A stretch of 64,000 nucleotides of DNA from an uncultured delta proteobacterium (GTDB lineage Bacteria > Myxococcota_A > Polyangia > Polyangiales > B10-G4): positions 17,316-81,315 of the forward strand of contig CAVSGI010000013.1 of assembly GCA_963727445.1 (NCBI GenBank), written 5' to 3'. The position numbers and the translations under genes were made by a program. How positions within the stretch are numbered: position 1 is the stretch's first letter; every line of letters starts with the position of its first letter. Of the stretch, positions 1-9,426 are shown piece by piece. The notes below the pieces were generated by a model. The model had not been told where the DNA came from. It saw nothing but the letters and a program-made list of their open reading frames with translations, and made no database searches.

Positions 1-2
1 GT

Positions 3-1277
3 GTTCGCCGAGAGCACCGGTTCGCCCGCGCCCAGCTGGCGCAAGCGACAGAGGAGCGCGCGCCGCCGGGTGAAGTCGGGCCACTTCGGGTCCTGCAGCA
101 CCTCCGCCATCGTCTCGGCCGCGTCACCGTCCTGCTCCCACTCGATCACGTCGAGACGCCAGATCTCCGGATACGCGGTGTCCATGCGGAGGTAGTCGGG
201 GAACTTCACGATCTGACCCGGGTCGTCGGGCACGTCGGCCAGGCGCTGTGCGAGGCGCTGGTAGCGCGCCATGCGCTTTTCGCCGAGGGGGAGCTGGGCG
301 AGCGCCTGGTAGATTTCGCGCACCTTCGAGTACGCACCGAGCTCGTTGAAGGCCTCGATGGCGGCGGAGTAGGCGTTTTCGGCGAGCTCGACGCTGCCGC
401 CTTCGGCGAGGGTCTTCTGCGCGGCAGCCGCGTGCGTGTCTGCAGCGGAGAGGCGATAGGCGCGCTCGTAGGGGAGATTGTGGCGTCGCGCGAAGTCGGC
501 CGCCTCGCGATAGAGCGTCGCGGCGGCGTGGAGCTCGCCCTCTTTGACGGCGAGGTCCTGGAAGTCCTCGTAGTACTGAAGAACGTAATACTTGAGGTTG
601 TCTTCGGTGAGGATGCGGATGCAGTTGAGGTAGCCCTCGGCGAGGTTCTCGAAGGCGCCGTGCTTGCCGAGGGTGAGCAGCACCTGGTAGCAGTCGAAGG
701 CGCGCTCGCGCAGGCCCTGCGTCTCGAATCCGTCGGCCGCCGCCTCCAGCAGGTGCATCGCCTGGATCGTCGCGCGTCGCGCGGCGTCGTGATCGCCGAG
801 TCGCTTGCACGCCTGGCCGAGGTTGAAGCGGACGAGCCCCTTGGTGTAGAGGTCGTCGCGCAGGCGCGGGTTCTCGGCGAGGCGCTCCCAGAGCACGCGC
901 GCCGCGCGGTCGTCGCCTTCCTCCTCGAGCTGGATCGCCGCGTGACCGAGCCAGCCCGCGGCCTCGAACTGCTGGGCGGCCTGCTTGCGACGGCCGCCGG
1001 CGATGGCGCAACGGGCGAGGTCCGTCGGTTGATTCGCCGATAGGCGCCAGGCCGCGTCGACCCTGCCGAGGAAGAGCTCGATGGTCGCCGCCGCGCGGGT
1101 GAGACCGAGCGCGGTGTAGGCCTGCGCCATCAGGCTCAAATATCCGGCGAGCTCCTCGTCGACGAGGTGGCTCCGGTCGATGAGCGACCAGAGCTGCGGC
1201 AGCGCGTCCGCAGGGCGCTGGGCGCGCATGGCGGCGTCGGCGCGGCGGTAGGCTTCCCGTTTGTCGATGGTGGCCAT
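3..1277 (-). CDS. TPR-like repeat protein, C-terminus outside the window
   Basis: Not in the ORF track because it has no stop inside the window. Manual translation of the minus frame from ATG (revcomp 1275-1277) gives MATIDKREAYRRADAAMRAQRPADALPQLWSLIDRSHLVDEELAGYLSLMAQAYTALGL... with no stops down to position 3. The composition is protein-like, not R/P-rich shadow. It lies 14 bp downstream of the VWA gene stop on the same strand. Confidence 0.55.
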   Translation of the reverse strand, partial: MATIDKREAYRRADAAMRAQRPADALPQLWSLIDRSHLVDEELAGYLSLMAQAYTALGLTRAAATIELFLGRVDAAWRLSANQPTDLARCAIAGGRRKQAAQQFEAAGWLGHAAIQLEEEGDDRAARVLWERLAENPRLRDDLYTKGLVRFNLGQACKRLGDHDAARRATIQAMHLLEAAADGFETQGLRERAFDCYQVLLTLGKHGAFENLAEGYLNCIRILTEDNLKYYVLQYYEDFQDLAVKEGELHAAATLYREAADFARRHNLPYERAYRLSAADTHAAAAQKTLAEGGSVELAENAYSAAIEAFNELGAYSKVREIYQALAQLPLGEKRMARYQRLAQRLADVPDDPGQIVKFPDYLRMDTAYPEIWRLDVIEWEQDGDAAETMAEVLQDPKWPDFTRRRALLCRLRQLGAGEPVLSAN

Positions 1278-1291
1278 GCGCTAGCTCGCCG

Positions 1292-2389
1292 TCAGGTCCA
1301 GGAGCTCCGACCGGGGAAGGGATCGTAGTCCTCGTCGCCTTCCTCCGACTCGGCCGCCTCCCGTTCCGTGTCCTTCGCCGCGTGCTCGACGATGTCGAGG
1401 GCAACGCGCGCCCGCTCGTCGCGCTGCCTGAGCGCCGCTTCGTCCACGACCTGCACCGTGTGCAGCCGATCCTTGTAGTCGAGGTCGAGCTTGCCCTGGG
1501 ACGGCAGCATGAAGACGCCGTAGAGGCGCGCGATGGCGCGCAGGCGCTCGATGGTGTCGACGGGCACGTGACACTCGGCATGGGTGATGATGTAGACGAT
1601 CGGGGTGCGGCGTTCGCGGCGGGCCACGCGCGAGACTTCGCCCGCGAGCAGGCCGAAGACCTTGGCGTAGTTGCGGCCGTGCTCGCCCTTGAAGCAGAGC
1701 ACGTAGGGAACCGAGATCCCGCCCGTCTCCGAGCGACCGGGGCGCGCATGCTGCGCTTCGTAGAGGCGCGAGTCGAAGAAGCGAAGGTAGACGTCCTCGC
1801 CGCGCAGGGTGAGCTTCTTGACGAGGGTCAGGGCGAGGCCGCGCGCGAAGACCGATCGCTGTCCGCGCATCGAGGCCGAGGCGTCCACGCAGATGTAATG
1901 AAGGCGCCGGTCCTCCTCGTGCTGCTTCTCGCGCGCGTAGTAGAAGACCTCGTTCTCGACGAAGCGCATGTCGAAGAGGAGCTCGTCGAAGGCCAGCTCG
2001 GAGAGCACCAGCGAGTCGATGGAGCCGCGACGCTCGACGCCGGAGTAGCCGTCGACGCTGAAGGTCTGCGCGCCCGAGGCCTTCTTGGTCTCGAGGACAC
2101 TGGGGAGCAGGTCCAGGCTGAAGTTGACGACGTCGTTCGCCTCGGGGGACGAAAAGACGTTCAAGAGGTCGAGCATGTTGAGCGCGCCCATGGCGCCGGC
2201 CTCCGCGCCGAAGAGCCCGACGAGGCGCAGGGTGTCGAGGTCGACCTGCTCGAAGGCGATCACCAGGCGGAGTTGGTTGTCGGCGATGAAGCGCAGGAAC
2301 GCGAGGTCAGCGCTGCGATCGGTGGCGGAGAAGAGCGCGGGCAGCTCGCGGTCGAGGTCGCGGTAGACCTCGGGATCGAGCGGGAGCAT
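1292..2389 (-). CDS. von Willebrand factor A (VWA) domain protein
   Basis: 365-aa ORF. MIDAS motif hhhhDxSxS in 'LHYICVDASASMRG'. The rest has non-shadow composition. It probably continues upstream through a frameshift (see 2307-2819). Confidence 0.7.
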   Translation of the reverse strand: MLPLDPEVYRDLDRELPALFSATDRSADLAFLRFIADNQLRLVIAFEQVDLDTLRLVGLFGAEAGAMGALNMLDLLNVFSSPEANDVVNFSLDLLPSVLETKKASGAQTFSVDGYSGVERRGSIDSLVLSELAFDELLFDMRFVENEVFYYAREKQHEEDRRLHYICVDASASMRGQRSVFARGLALTLVKKLTLRGEDVYLRFFDSRLYEAQHARPGRSETGGISVPYVLCFKGEHGRNYAKVFGLLAGEVSRVARRERRTPIVYIITHAECHVPVDTIERLRAIARLYGVFMLPSQGKLDLDYKDRLHTVQVVDEAALRQRDERARVALDIVEHAAKDTEREAAESEEGDEDYDPFPGRSSWT

Positions 2390-2819
2390 GGGCGCGGGTG
2401 GCCGGCGACCCGGACCGAGGTGACGCTCGAAGAGCGGGCCGAGGACGCGGAGGAGAAGGACGGCGATCGAGATCGTCCGAGAGGCGCCAGGCGCGCGCGC
2501 GCTCCATCACCTCGGAGGTGCCGATCTCGCGCAGCGTCTGAGTCCAACGCTCGAGGGCCTGAACGGTCCCCTCGTCGAGGCGCAGAGCCGCGACGGCGGG
2601 GCGGGGCCCGAGGGGCACGGAGTCGGGATCGATCACCGCGAGCAGGCCGAGGTCGTGCACCGCCCAGAAGGGCACCGGCAGCCCGACCTTGGCCAGGGCG
2701 TTGCGCCACTGCGCGGCGCGCAGCTCCACCATCGGGTTGTCCGTGCGAAGCGCGGAGAGCGCGAGCGCGCCGATGTCGCGTCCGGCCGGGCTGTCGCGGA
2801 GGTGGGGGCCGATGGGCAT
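2307..2819 (-). CDS. N-terminal fragment that probably belongs to the VWA protein, split by a frameshift near 2505
   Basis: The first ~110 aa are protein-like (MPIGPHLRDSPAGRDIGALALSALRTDNPMVELRAAQWRNALAKVGLPVPFWAVHDLGLLAVID...EVMERARA), then the frame decays into R/P-rich junk. The VWA frame opens right after a stop at 2507-2509 and its upstream extension is coding-like (SIAVLLLRVLGPLFERHLGPGRRPPAPMLPLD). The switch falls in an alternating gcgcgcgcgcgc run at 2490-2502. Confidence 0.4.
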   Translation of the reverse strand: MPIGPHLRDSPAGRDIGALALSALRTDNPMVELRAAQWRNALAKVGLPVPFWAVHDLGLLAVIDPDSVPLGPRPAVAALRLDEGTVQALERWTQTLREIGTSEVMERARAWRLSDDLDRRPSPPRPRPALRASPRSGSPATRAHAPARSRGLPRPRPRAARALLRHRSQR

Positions 2820-2896
2820 GGGGGCGTGAAGGTTACCTCAGCCCGCGCCGGCTCACATCATGGACAGCCGAAGCTGGCGGCATCGACAGCGACGGA

Positions 2897-4522
2897 TCAC
2901 TGCGGCGCGAGCGGGGCGGCGTTCTGCGGGCGCGGTCGGGGCCGACGAAGGGTGATGCGAACGGGCGACTCGTCGGCGACGGTGATCGTCCGTTGCTCCG
3001 GCGTTCGACCGCGCGTCTGCAAGCGGACCTGCACCGGCTCTCCACCGGGCAAGGGCAGGTCGTAGGGCGTCTCCCCCAGCACCACCCCGTTCACTACGAC
3101 CTGCGCTCCTCGGGGCGTCGACTCGATGCGGCGGGTGATCACTTCGGGCTCGGGCTCGGGCGCGACTTCGGGCTCGGGCGCGACTTCGGGCTCGGGCACG
3201 ACTTCAGGCTCGGGCACGGGCGCCGCAGCGGCCGTCTCGACAGGCGCCACTTCCGCGGGGGGCGCGGCGTCCTCCGTGCTTTGATCGGCCCCCGACGCAC
3301 CGTTGTTCGAGAACACGAAGAAGCCGAGGAGGGCCACGACCGCCAGCACGCCCGCCACCAGGAGCGGCACCGGTGGACGCTTTTCCCCCGGCTCCGTCGC
3401 CGTCGCCGGCTGGTCGATCGAATCCCGCGCCTCCGCGCTCGGCGGCGCGGCCTCGATCACTTCGTCCAGGGTCTCGACGCGCTTCGCCGCAGCCACCTCG
3501 CCGCTGGTCCACGCCTCGTTCCACGCCTCGAGCATCGCGGCCGCGTCTTCGAAGCGCTCGTCGGGGTCCTTGGCGAGCCCGCGCAGGATCCAGTCCTCGA
3601 CCGCCTGCGGAAGCCCTTCGCGGAAGTTGCTCGCGTGGGGTGGTGGCTCCGTCGCGTGAAGCACGACGCAGTCGTAGACCGTCTGGCCCGCGAAGGGCAC
3701 GCGCCCGGTGACCATCTCGAAGACCATGCAGGCCACGCTGTAGAGATCGGCGCGACGGTCCACGCCCTTGGTGGAGCGACCCTGCTCGGGCGCCATGTAG
3801 AGGGGCGTGCCGAGGATCTGCCCCGTCTGCGTGATGCCCGTCTCCAGCTCGGCGTCGCGCATCTTCGAGATGCCGAAGTCGACCACCTTGACGATCTGCC
3901 GGCTCCCCTTCTGCGCGAGGAAGATGTTCTCGGGCTTGAGGTCGCGGTGGATCACACCCGCGTGATGAGCGGCGCCGAGGGCGTCCAGGATCTGACGCAC
4001 GTAGACGCGGGTCTCGTCATCCGGGAGGTGCCCCTGATGCTCGATCGCACGCTCGAGGCGCTCGCGCAGGTCCTCGCCGTTGAGGAACTCCATGATGACG
4101 TAGATCGATCCGTCGTCGGTGCGACCGAGATCCGTCACGTCCACGATGTTCTCGTGGTCGATGGAGCTCGCGGTCCGCGCCTCCTGACGCAGGCGCTGAA
4201 TCGCATTGGCGTCGTAGCGATGATGCGGCGCCACCACCTTCGCCGCGAAGCGGCGCCCGAGCTCCTTGTGCTCCACCAGGTAGACCGAGCCCATGGCGCC
4301 GGCGCCGATGCGCTCGATCACCTCGTACACACCGCCGAGGACGTCGCCTTCGGAGAAGAGCGCCTCGGGCCCGTCGGCCCCGCCCAACACCTGGGTCGCG
4401 GCGTCCTGTGTCGGGGCGATCGCCCCATCGACGGCATGTCGCTCGCCAGACGCCAGGGTCTCGCCCTCGGGGTCGACCTGCCGCTTCGCCTTCTTGCGTT
4501 CGTCGACCTTCTGCCCCGCCAT
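2897..4522 (-). CDS. Hanks-type Ser/Thr protein kinase with a TM segment and C-terminal PEGA domain
   Basis: GxGxxG 'IGAGAMGSV', VAIK-like 'AAKVV', catalytic loop 'HRDLKPENIFL', DFG 'VDFGIS', APE 'YMAPE'. TM helix 'PLLVAGVLAVVALLGFFVF'. (PEPEVA)n linker. PEGA-like tail 'ESTPRGAQVVVNGVVLGETPYDLPLPGGEPVQVRLQTRG'. Confidence 0.85.
   Translation of the reverse strand: MAGQKVDERKKAKRQVDPEGETLASGERHAVDGAIAPTQDAATQVLGGADGPEALFSEGDVLGGVYEVIERIGAGAMGSVYLVEHKELGRRFAAKVVAPHHRYDANAIQRLRQEARTASSIDHENIVDVTDLGRTDDGSIYVIMEFLNGEDLRERLERAIEHQGHLPDDETRVYVRQILDALGAAHHAGVIHRDLKPENIFLAQKGSRQIVKVVDFGISKMRDAELETGITQTGQILGTPLYMAPEQGRSTKGVDRRADLYSVACMVFEMVTGRVPFAGQTVYDCVVLHATEPPPHASNFREGLPQAVEDWILRGLAKDPDERFEDAAAMLEAWNEAWTSGEVAAAKRVETLDEVIEAAPPSAEARDSIDQPATATEPGEKRPPVPLLVAGVLAVVALLGFFVFSNNGASGADQSTEDAAPPAEVAPVETAAAAPVPEPEVVPEPEVAPEPEVAPEPEPEVITRRIESTPRGAQVVVNGVVLGETPYDLPLPGGEPVQVRLQTRGRTPEQRTITVADESPVRITLRRPRPRPQNAAPLAPQ
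3118..3215. repeat. 18-bp tandem repeat (gacttcgggctcgggcgc)n encoding (PEPEVA)n in the kinase linker
   Basis: Direct tandem copies are visible in the sequence at 3120-3210. Confidence 0.7.
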
Positions 4523-4568
4523 CCGGGTCCCAGAATAGCCTACGAGCGTCTTTCTCGGGAGGGCCGAG

Positions 4569-6272
4569 TCAGGGCTCGTGGATCAAGTGGATGGGTTCCC
4601 TGACTCCTATCTGGGCGGTGGTCGACCAGATCCGAAGATCGTAGTCATTGACCTCCGGAATGCAGAAACCATTCGTGGTGTCGGTGATCACGCCACTCTG
4701 GGCAAAGAAGTTCACATCGGCGTCCAGGAAGAAGGCACACGGTCGTGTGTCCTTCACTTCGAAGGTGCGCACTTGAACGGCCGCACCCGCGCTGGCCTTG
4801 ATCCCCAAATTCGGGAACCGGGTAGGGACGACGAGATCGACGACTCGGAGATCGTTCCCCATCAACTCGCCTCCGGATGATACGTCGATGCCAATTCGGG
4901 CGAACGTTTGCAGGCGAGCGGCGTTGATGTCGAGAGTGCCTCCACCGACCTGGACCATGACGTCAGGCAGTCGGTCCCGAGGATTCGAGTCATCGACCTG
5001 AAGACCGTTGATCAACACGTCCTGGAGGAGCAGGTATCCCCCTTCCACCCAGACCGCGCGACCCAGGGGTGGATCCGGCGGCGTCCCGTGGGCGTCCCAC
5101 GGGACGCCTTCCACAGCCGGAAAGACGCTCGAGTAGAAGCGCGCATCGCCGGATAGCATGTGAACTCCCACCAACGTGCCGCCTTCGGCCCCTCCCCGAA
5201 CAATCGAGTTGCGCAGCTCCAGGCATGGCTCTTCGGTTTCGTCGCATTCGATGACGATGGCCTCGGGCTCCGGCTCGCCAGGCCCGGCACCGACGATGTC
5301 ATCGATGGCCGTGTGCTCCAACACGACCCTCGCCGTTTCGCTCACGCGCACCGCCCCCGATGGGCAGCGCGAGATCACCACGTCGACGGCGTCGAGCTCG
5401 GCGCTCCCGGAGACGGTCAAACACGGATCCGACTCGGCATCGATCTGAACGCCATGCAACGCGACCTTCGCTGCCCCGACGACTCGGATCGGACCGCGGA
5501 CGCGGCTCGCACGCATGGTCAGCTCGCCCTCCAGTCGCACCGGCCCTTCGACGATGCTGTCCTCGACGATCGAAGCGGTGCCCGAGTCCCAGAGCGCGTC
5601 CGAGGCCCCGTCCGGAGCGCGGATGGAAACGTCGCGGAGAAATGCGCCTTCGCCCTCCAGGCGTATCCCCGCCAACAACCGCGCTCGTGATGGGCAGGTG
5701 CCGTAGAGCGACGTCGCGCTCCCCAACACGACGGGCTCCGAGACCTCTCCGTCGAACAAGATCGTTTCGGCGGTTGGGTCGGCCGCCGCTTCAGCGATGG
5801 TGCCGTATGGCCGGTCGTAGCTCCCATCTCCTCCGGCTTCACCGACGCGTACGAAGCGCAAGCCATCCGGCTGGGGAAACGGAAGACTGCAGGCGTCGAC
5901 GCCGGACCGACTGACCACCGGAGCACATGCCGTCAGCCCGTCCCCCGCCGGCACCTGGAGATCGACCCCACACTCCTGGCTCCGGCCTTCGCCCCAGTTC
6001 CATGGCTCGCAGAAGTCGGCCGTGCGAATGGTGTCCAACTCGCCAAAGGTCCAGCCGCGGAAACACGTGCCCAATAGATTCACCTCCTTGACTTCGTCCG
6101 CCGTCGGGCAGAACCCGGTATGGGTGCAGTCGGGGTCGCCGCAATCGTATAGGCCATCGTCGTCGTTGTCCTCGGCGTCGAGGCACGCGACCTCGTTGTC
6201 TTCCGGGGCGATCCCGGAGCCACTGACGTAACTACAGCCGGCCAGCAGCAGGAACGGGAGGACGATCCTCAT
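4569..6272 (-). CDS. Lipoprotein with parallel β-helix-like repeats; the true start is the internal Met at 6272
   Basis: The ORF-track N-terminus (6272-6851) is R/P-rich shadow. The internal start MRIVLPFLLLAGCSYV has a lipobox, is preceded by GGGGGGAGGA, and overlaps the upstream stop as ATGA. There is an acidic Cys motif LDAEDNDDDGLYDCGDPDC and repetitive VxGxxxV segments typical of right-handed β-helix proteins. Confidence 0.6.
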   Translation of the reverse strand: MRIVLPFLLLAGCSYVSGSGIAPEDNEVACLDAEDNDDDGLYDCGDPDCTHTGFCPTADEVKEVNLLGTCFRGWTFGELDTIRTADFCEPWNWGEGRSQECGVDLQVPAGDGLTACAPVVSRSGVDACSLPFPQPDGLRFVRVGEAGGDGSYDRPYGTIAEAAADPTAETILFDGEVSEPVVLGSATSLYGTCPSRARLLAGIRLEGEGAFLRDVSIRAPDGASDALWDSGTASIVEDSIVEGPVRLEGELTMRASRVRGPIRVVGAAKVALHGVQIDAESDPCLTVSGSAELDAVDVVISRCPSGAVRVSETARVVLEHTAIDDIVGAGPGEPEPEAIVIECDETEEPCLELRNSIVRGGAEGGTLVGVHMLSGDARFYSSVFPAVEGVPWDAHGTPPDPPLGRAVWVEGGYLLLQDVLINGLQVDDSNPRDRLPDVMVQVGGGTLDINAARLQTFARIGIDVSSGGELMGNDLRVVDLVVPTRFPNLGIKASAGAAVQVRTFEVKDTRPCAFFLDADVNFFAQSGVITDTTNGFCIPEVNDYDLRIWSTTAQIGVREPIHLIHEP

Positions 6273-7576
6273 TCCTCCCCCCAGGAAACGGCCGCGCTCG
6301 AAGCGGGAACAGTGCTTCGATCTGTCACGAAGTAGAGGATGACGGCCAACCCGAGGAGCGCCGCGCCAGTGACGAACAGTACGTCGGTGGCGAGACCGAG
6401 GGAGTCGACGGTCCGAGCAGTGCCCGACGTGTCGACACCGAGGGCCTTGCTCTGCTCGAGGTTGGTGTGCTCGACCAGATTGGCAATCCCCGTTCCGACG
6501 GCTGTGAGGACGGCTGCCGCCCCGGCCCCCCCGACGATCCAGGTCCAAACGGAGCGCTCGGCAGGCACCGGCCGAAGCGTGACGTTGAGCCAGGCGCGAG
6601 CGTCGGCACGAGGAGACACCTCGCCCTCCCACGGTTGGAGCCCCGGGGCGCGGACCTCGACTCGCTGGGCGTTTGCGCGGAGGGCTGTGAGGGAAAGTGG
6701 AGTGAAGCCTATCTGCTGCCCAGCGATGCGCACCTCGGCGTTTCGCGCGTTGGAGGTGATCGTCAGGCTCCCGGTCGGGGCCGGGAGATCCTCCCGGCTC
6801 AGGTGCACGCGCTCCGTCTCGCTGGCGACTACGGAGGCGACCGTACGCCAAGGTGGATACCCGAGAGCACGAACGATGACGTCGTAGCGGCCAGGCGGAA
6901 GATCCGCCTCGAGCGGCACCTCACCCTCCGCCACCAGCGCTCCGGCGGCATCCAGCACTCGCGCGCTCGCCTCCAGCGCGGCGCCGATCTGCAGCCGCCC
7001 GAGCACGCGTTGCAGCTCGAGTCGAACGGTCGAGGCCTCACCGAGCACGGCGGTGATCGATTCTTCGGCTCCCCCATACCCATTCATCACGACCCAGATC
7101 CGATGCTCGCCCGGCGCCAGCGCGAGTTGCCGTGGCGTCTGTCCGTAAGAGCCGTGTTCCTCCTGGTCCACGTAGATCTCGGCGCCTGGCGGGTCGGTCT
7201 CCACGGTGACCCGGGCCACGCGCGGGATCAGCTGCTCGATCGATTGGCGGGCGTAGGCCTGTCGCTCTTCGGCTCCTTCGACGTCGTCCTCTCCCTCCAT
7301 GTAGGCGGTGAAGAAATGATAAGCCTCGACAGGTTGATCGAGCTGCATGAAGCAGAGGGCGATGTTGTAGAGCGTGCGCGGATTCGGGCTGAGCTGCTGC
7401 GCGGAAAAGAACTCCTCGATCGCCTGCTGGTAGCGGCCACGCGTGTAGTACCGCTGCGCTTCGCGGTGATGAAACCTCGCCATCGCCGCGGTGTCGGCGT
7501 GCGCCTCGTGCGTGAAGGCGAGGAACGTAGTCGCGATTGTCGCGACGAAGAGGAGGCCGCTCAGCCGAAGTCGCAT
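6269..7576 (-). CDS. Signal-peptide protein with N-terminal TPR-like region, two PEGA domains and a C-terminal TM anchor
   Basis: Signal peptide MRLRLSGLLFVATIATTFLAFTHEAHA. PEGA-like blocks 'VTVETDPPGAEIYVDQEEHGSYGQTP...HRIWVVMNGYGG' and 'LTITSNARNAEVRIAGQQIGFTPL'. C-terminal TM 'TWIVGGAGAAAVLTAVGTGIA'. Confidence 0.7.
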   Translation of the reverse strand: MRLRLSGLLFVATIATTFLAFTHEAHADTAAMARFHHREAQRYYTRGRYQQAIEEFFSAQQLSPNPRTLYNIALCFMQLDQPVEAYHFFTAYMEGEDDVEGAEERQAYARQSIEQLIPRVARVTVETDPPGAEIYVDQEEHGSYGQTPRQLALAPGEHRIWVVMNGYGGAEESITAVLGEASTVRLELQRVLGRLQIGAALEASARVLDAAGALVAEGEVPLEADLPPGRYDVIVRALGYPPWRTVASVVASETERVHLSREDLPAPTGSLTITSNARNAEVRIAGQQIGFTPLSLTALRANAQRVEVRAPGLQPWEGEVSPRADARAWLNVTLRPVPAERSVWTWIVGGAGAAAVLTAVGTGIANLVEHTNLEQSKALGVDTSGTARTVDSLGLATDVLFVTGAALLGLAVILYFVTDRSTVPASSAAVSWGEE

Positions 7577-7641
7577 CGCCGCGATGATAGACCGATTCTT
7601 TCACCGTGCGAGACCGCGTTTCGCGGTGTTATCCTCGTGCC

Positions 7642-8382
7642 ATGCGAGTCGCATTGGCTTTGGCTCTCGCGCTGCCGCTCTTCGGCTGCTCCGGTGACAG
7701 CGTGGGACATACGATCGAGTTCACGCTCAACGTGGAGTACTGGGACTTCGGTCCAGATCGCACCCCGGTTCCCGGGGCCGATGTGTGTGTCGACGAGCCC
7801 AGTGGTGGCGACTGCGGCACCTCGGACGCAGACGAAGTCGCAGTTCTCGACGTCCCGACGGACCAGAACGTTCTCCTCAGGATCAGCCATCCCACCATCT
7901 TTCCCGCGCTGGCTCCCATCTACGTGAGCTCTGACGACGAGGGTCGCTCGGACGTGGTCGATCCCTACTCCACCAACCTCGTGGCCGCGGTCGCAGCGAC
8001 CTTGGGCATGAGTGTCGACCCCACGAAGGGCCACCTGACCTTTGCTGCGGATCCCGGCGACTCGACCCATGCGGGCAGAATGGTGACGCTCCTCGATCCC
8101 GACACCGAAGAGCCGGTTTCCGATGCCAACGTGTTCTATCTGGACGAGGCGAATCTCCCCGATCCCATGGCGGACACGACCGTCGGCTCCGGCTCCGGCG
8201 GATTCGCCAACGCTCCCCCGGGGGAGTATTTCGTCGACTCGGTGTTCGACGAGCACTGCCGCATCGCTCGCGGGTGGAAGGAAGAGAAGGCTGACGGGAC
8301 CGTCACGATGCGCGCCCCCATCCGCGCCGGTCACATCACGCTGACCATCTGGGCCGACTGCATCAACACTGAATTCCCGTGA
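7642..8382 (+). CDS. Hypothetical lipoprotein
   Basis: Internal start MRVALALALALPLFGCSGD (lipobox). Diverse, non-shadow composition. Divergent from the PEGA gene across a 65-bp spacer. Confidence 0.55.
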   Translation: MRVALALALALPLFGCSGDSVGHTIEFTLNVEYWDFGPDRTPVPGADVCVDEPSGGDCGTSDADEVAVLDVPTDQNVLLRISHPTIFPALAPIYVSSDDEGRSDVVDPYSTNLVAAVAATLGMSVDPTKGHLTFAADPGDSTHAGRMVTLLDPDTEEPVSDANVFYLDEANLPDPMADTTVGSGSGGFANAPPGEYFVDSVFDEHCRIARGWKEEKADGTVTMRAPIRAGHITLTIWADCINTEFP

Positions 8383-8472
8383 GCGGCCTGCTCGGGGTCT
8401 GACGATGCGCGCAGGCGTCTCTTGCGCCTCGCCAGCGACCAGAGCGGAGTCCGTTTGTACTCGCGATCCCCT

Positions 8473-9298
8473 ATGCTGGTTGCGATGCGCGTCCTTTCGA
8501 TCATCGCGGTGCTCGTCGTCGCGGGCTGCAGCCGCAGCGAGCCAGCGACGGCGCCGCCGCCGGAGACGTCGCCGGTCGAGGAGACCGCGCCCGCCGAACT
8601 GCCGGCACCCACGTCTCCCACCATCGCCGTCACACGCGACGACTGCGAAGAGGTGGCCGCGCGCGCGGTCGACGTCGCGCCCATCATCGGCGTGGCAGTG
8701 GGCTCGCTGCGCGAGGCCGCCGGGGACGTGCCGGTCGCCTGTGACCGGGCCGTCCCTCGATGCGCGAGCGAAGACGATGGGACCACTTGTGCGTACGTCG
8801 TTCGCACTTACGACGCGTTTCATCGCGTCACCGTCTACCCGGCGGCCGCAGACGGCGGCCTGGTCGAAGGCACGGCCTTCGTCGCGCTTGACGGGACGGC
8901 CACCGAGCCGGCGCCCGAGCTCGACGTCCGCCGCTGGGCGGTCGAGGGCGACGTGCGCTGCCGCGGCGGAAGCCAACAGCACTCCTACGGACCAGCGACG
9001 CGCGGCGCACTCACCACCGGAAGCGCCGGCGTCACCTGCTGGACCCCCGAACCGTTCGATGTCACGGCCCAGCGCGTCACCACTCATTGGGCGCGCGGCG
9101 TCACCACTACCGAAGTCACCGTGGAGCCCGCCCGCACCCTCGGTGGCGAGCCCACCTCGAATCCGCGTCAGCTTCCCGCCGGCCCCGCTGCCCCTGCGCG
9201 AGTCCATCCCTCTCGAGGTCGAGCTCCGCATCGGTCCCCACGTCCTCGCGCCCGTCGGCCGCGTGACGACCCCCGAGCGCTATCCGATCCGGCGCTGA
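8473..9298 (+). CDS. Hypothetical lipoprotein with an apparent frameshift near 9160
   Basis: MLVAMRVLSIIAVLVVAGCSRSE lipobox. The frame opened at 8422 turns into R/P junk after '...TTEVTVEPARTLGGEPTS'. The adjacent frame that ends at 9298 is coding-like only over its last ~45 aa (RIRVSFPPAPLPLRESIPLEVELRIGPHVLAPVGRVTTPERYPIRR). Confidence 0.45.
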
Positions 9299-9426
9299 GA
9301 CGGAGCGCGCAACCGGACGCGGCCGCCATGCTGGCCTCCCTTCTTCGACGTCGAGCCAGGGACTCTGGCGCGCGGTATCCTCACGGGCGAGGGGGCGCGC
9401 GGCGCGTTTGAGCCGTTTTCGAGACC

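Noticed and set aside
124-1749. 541-aa minus-strand ORF rich in Arg/Pro/Ala
   Set aside because: Its composition is typical of GC-rich out-of-frame shadow ORFs. It overlaps the protein-like TPR frame (3-1277) and the VWA gene in different frames.
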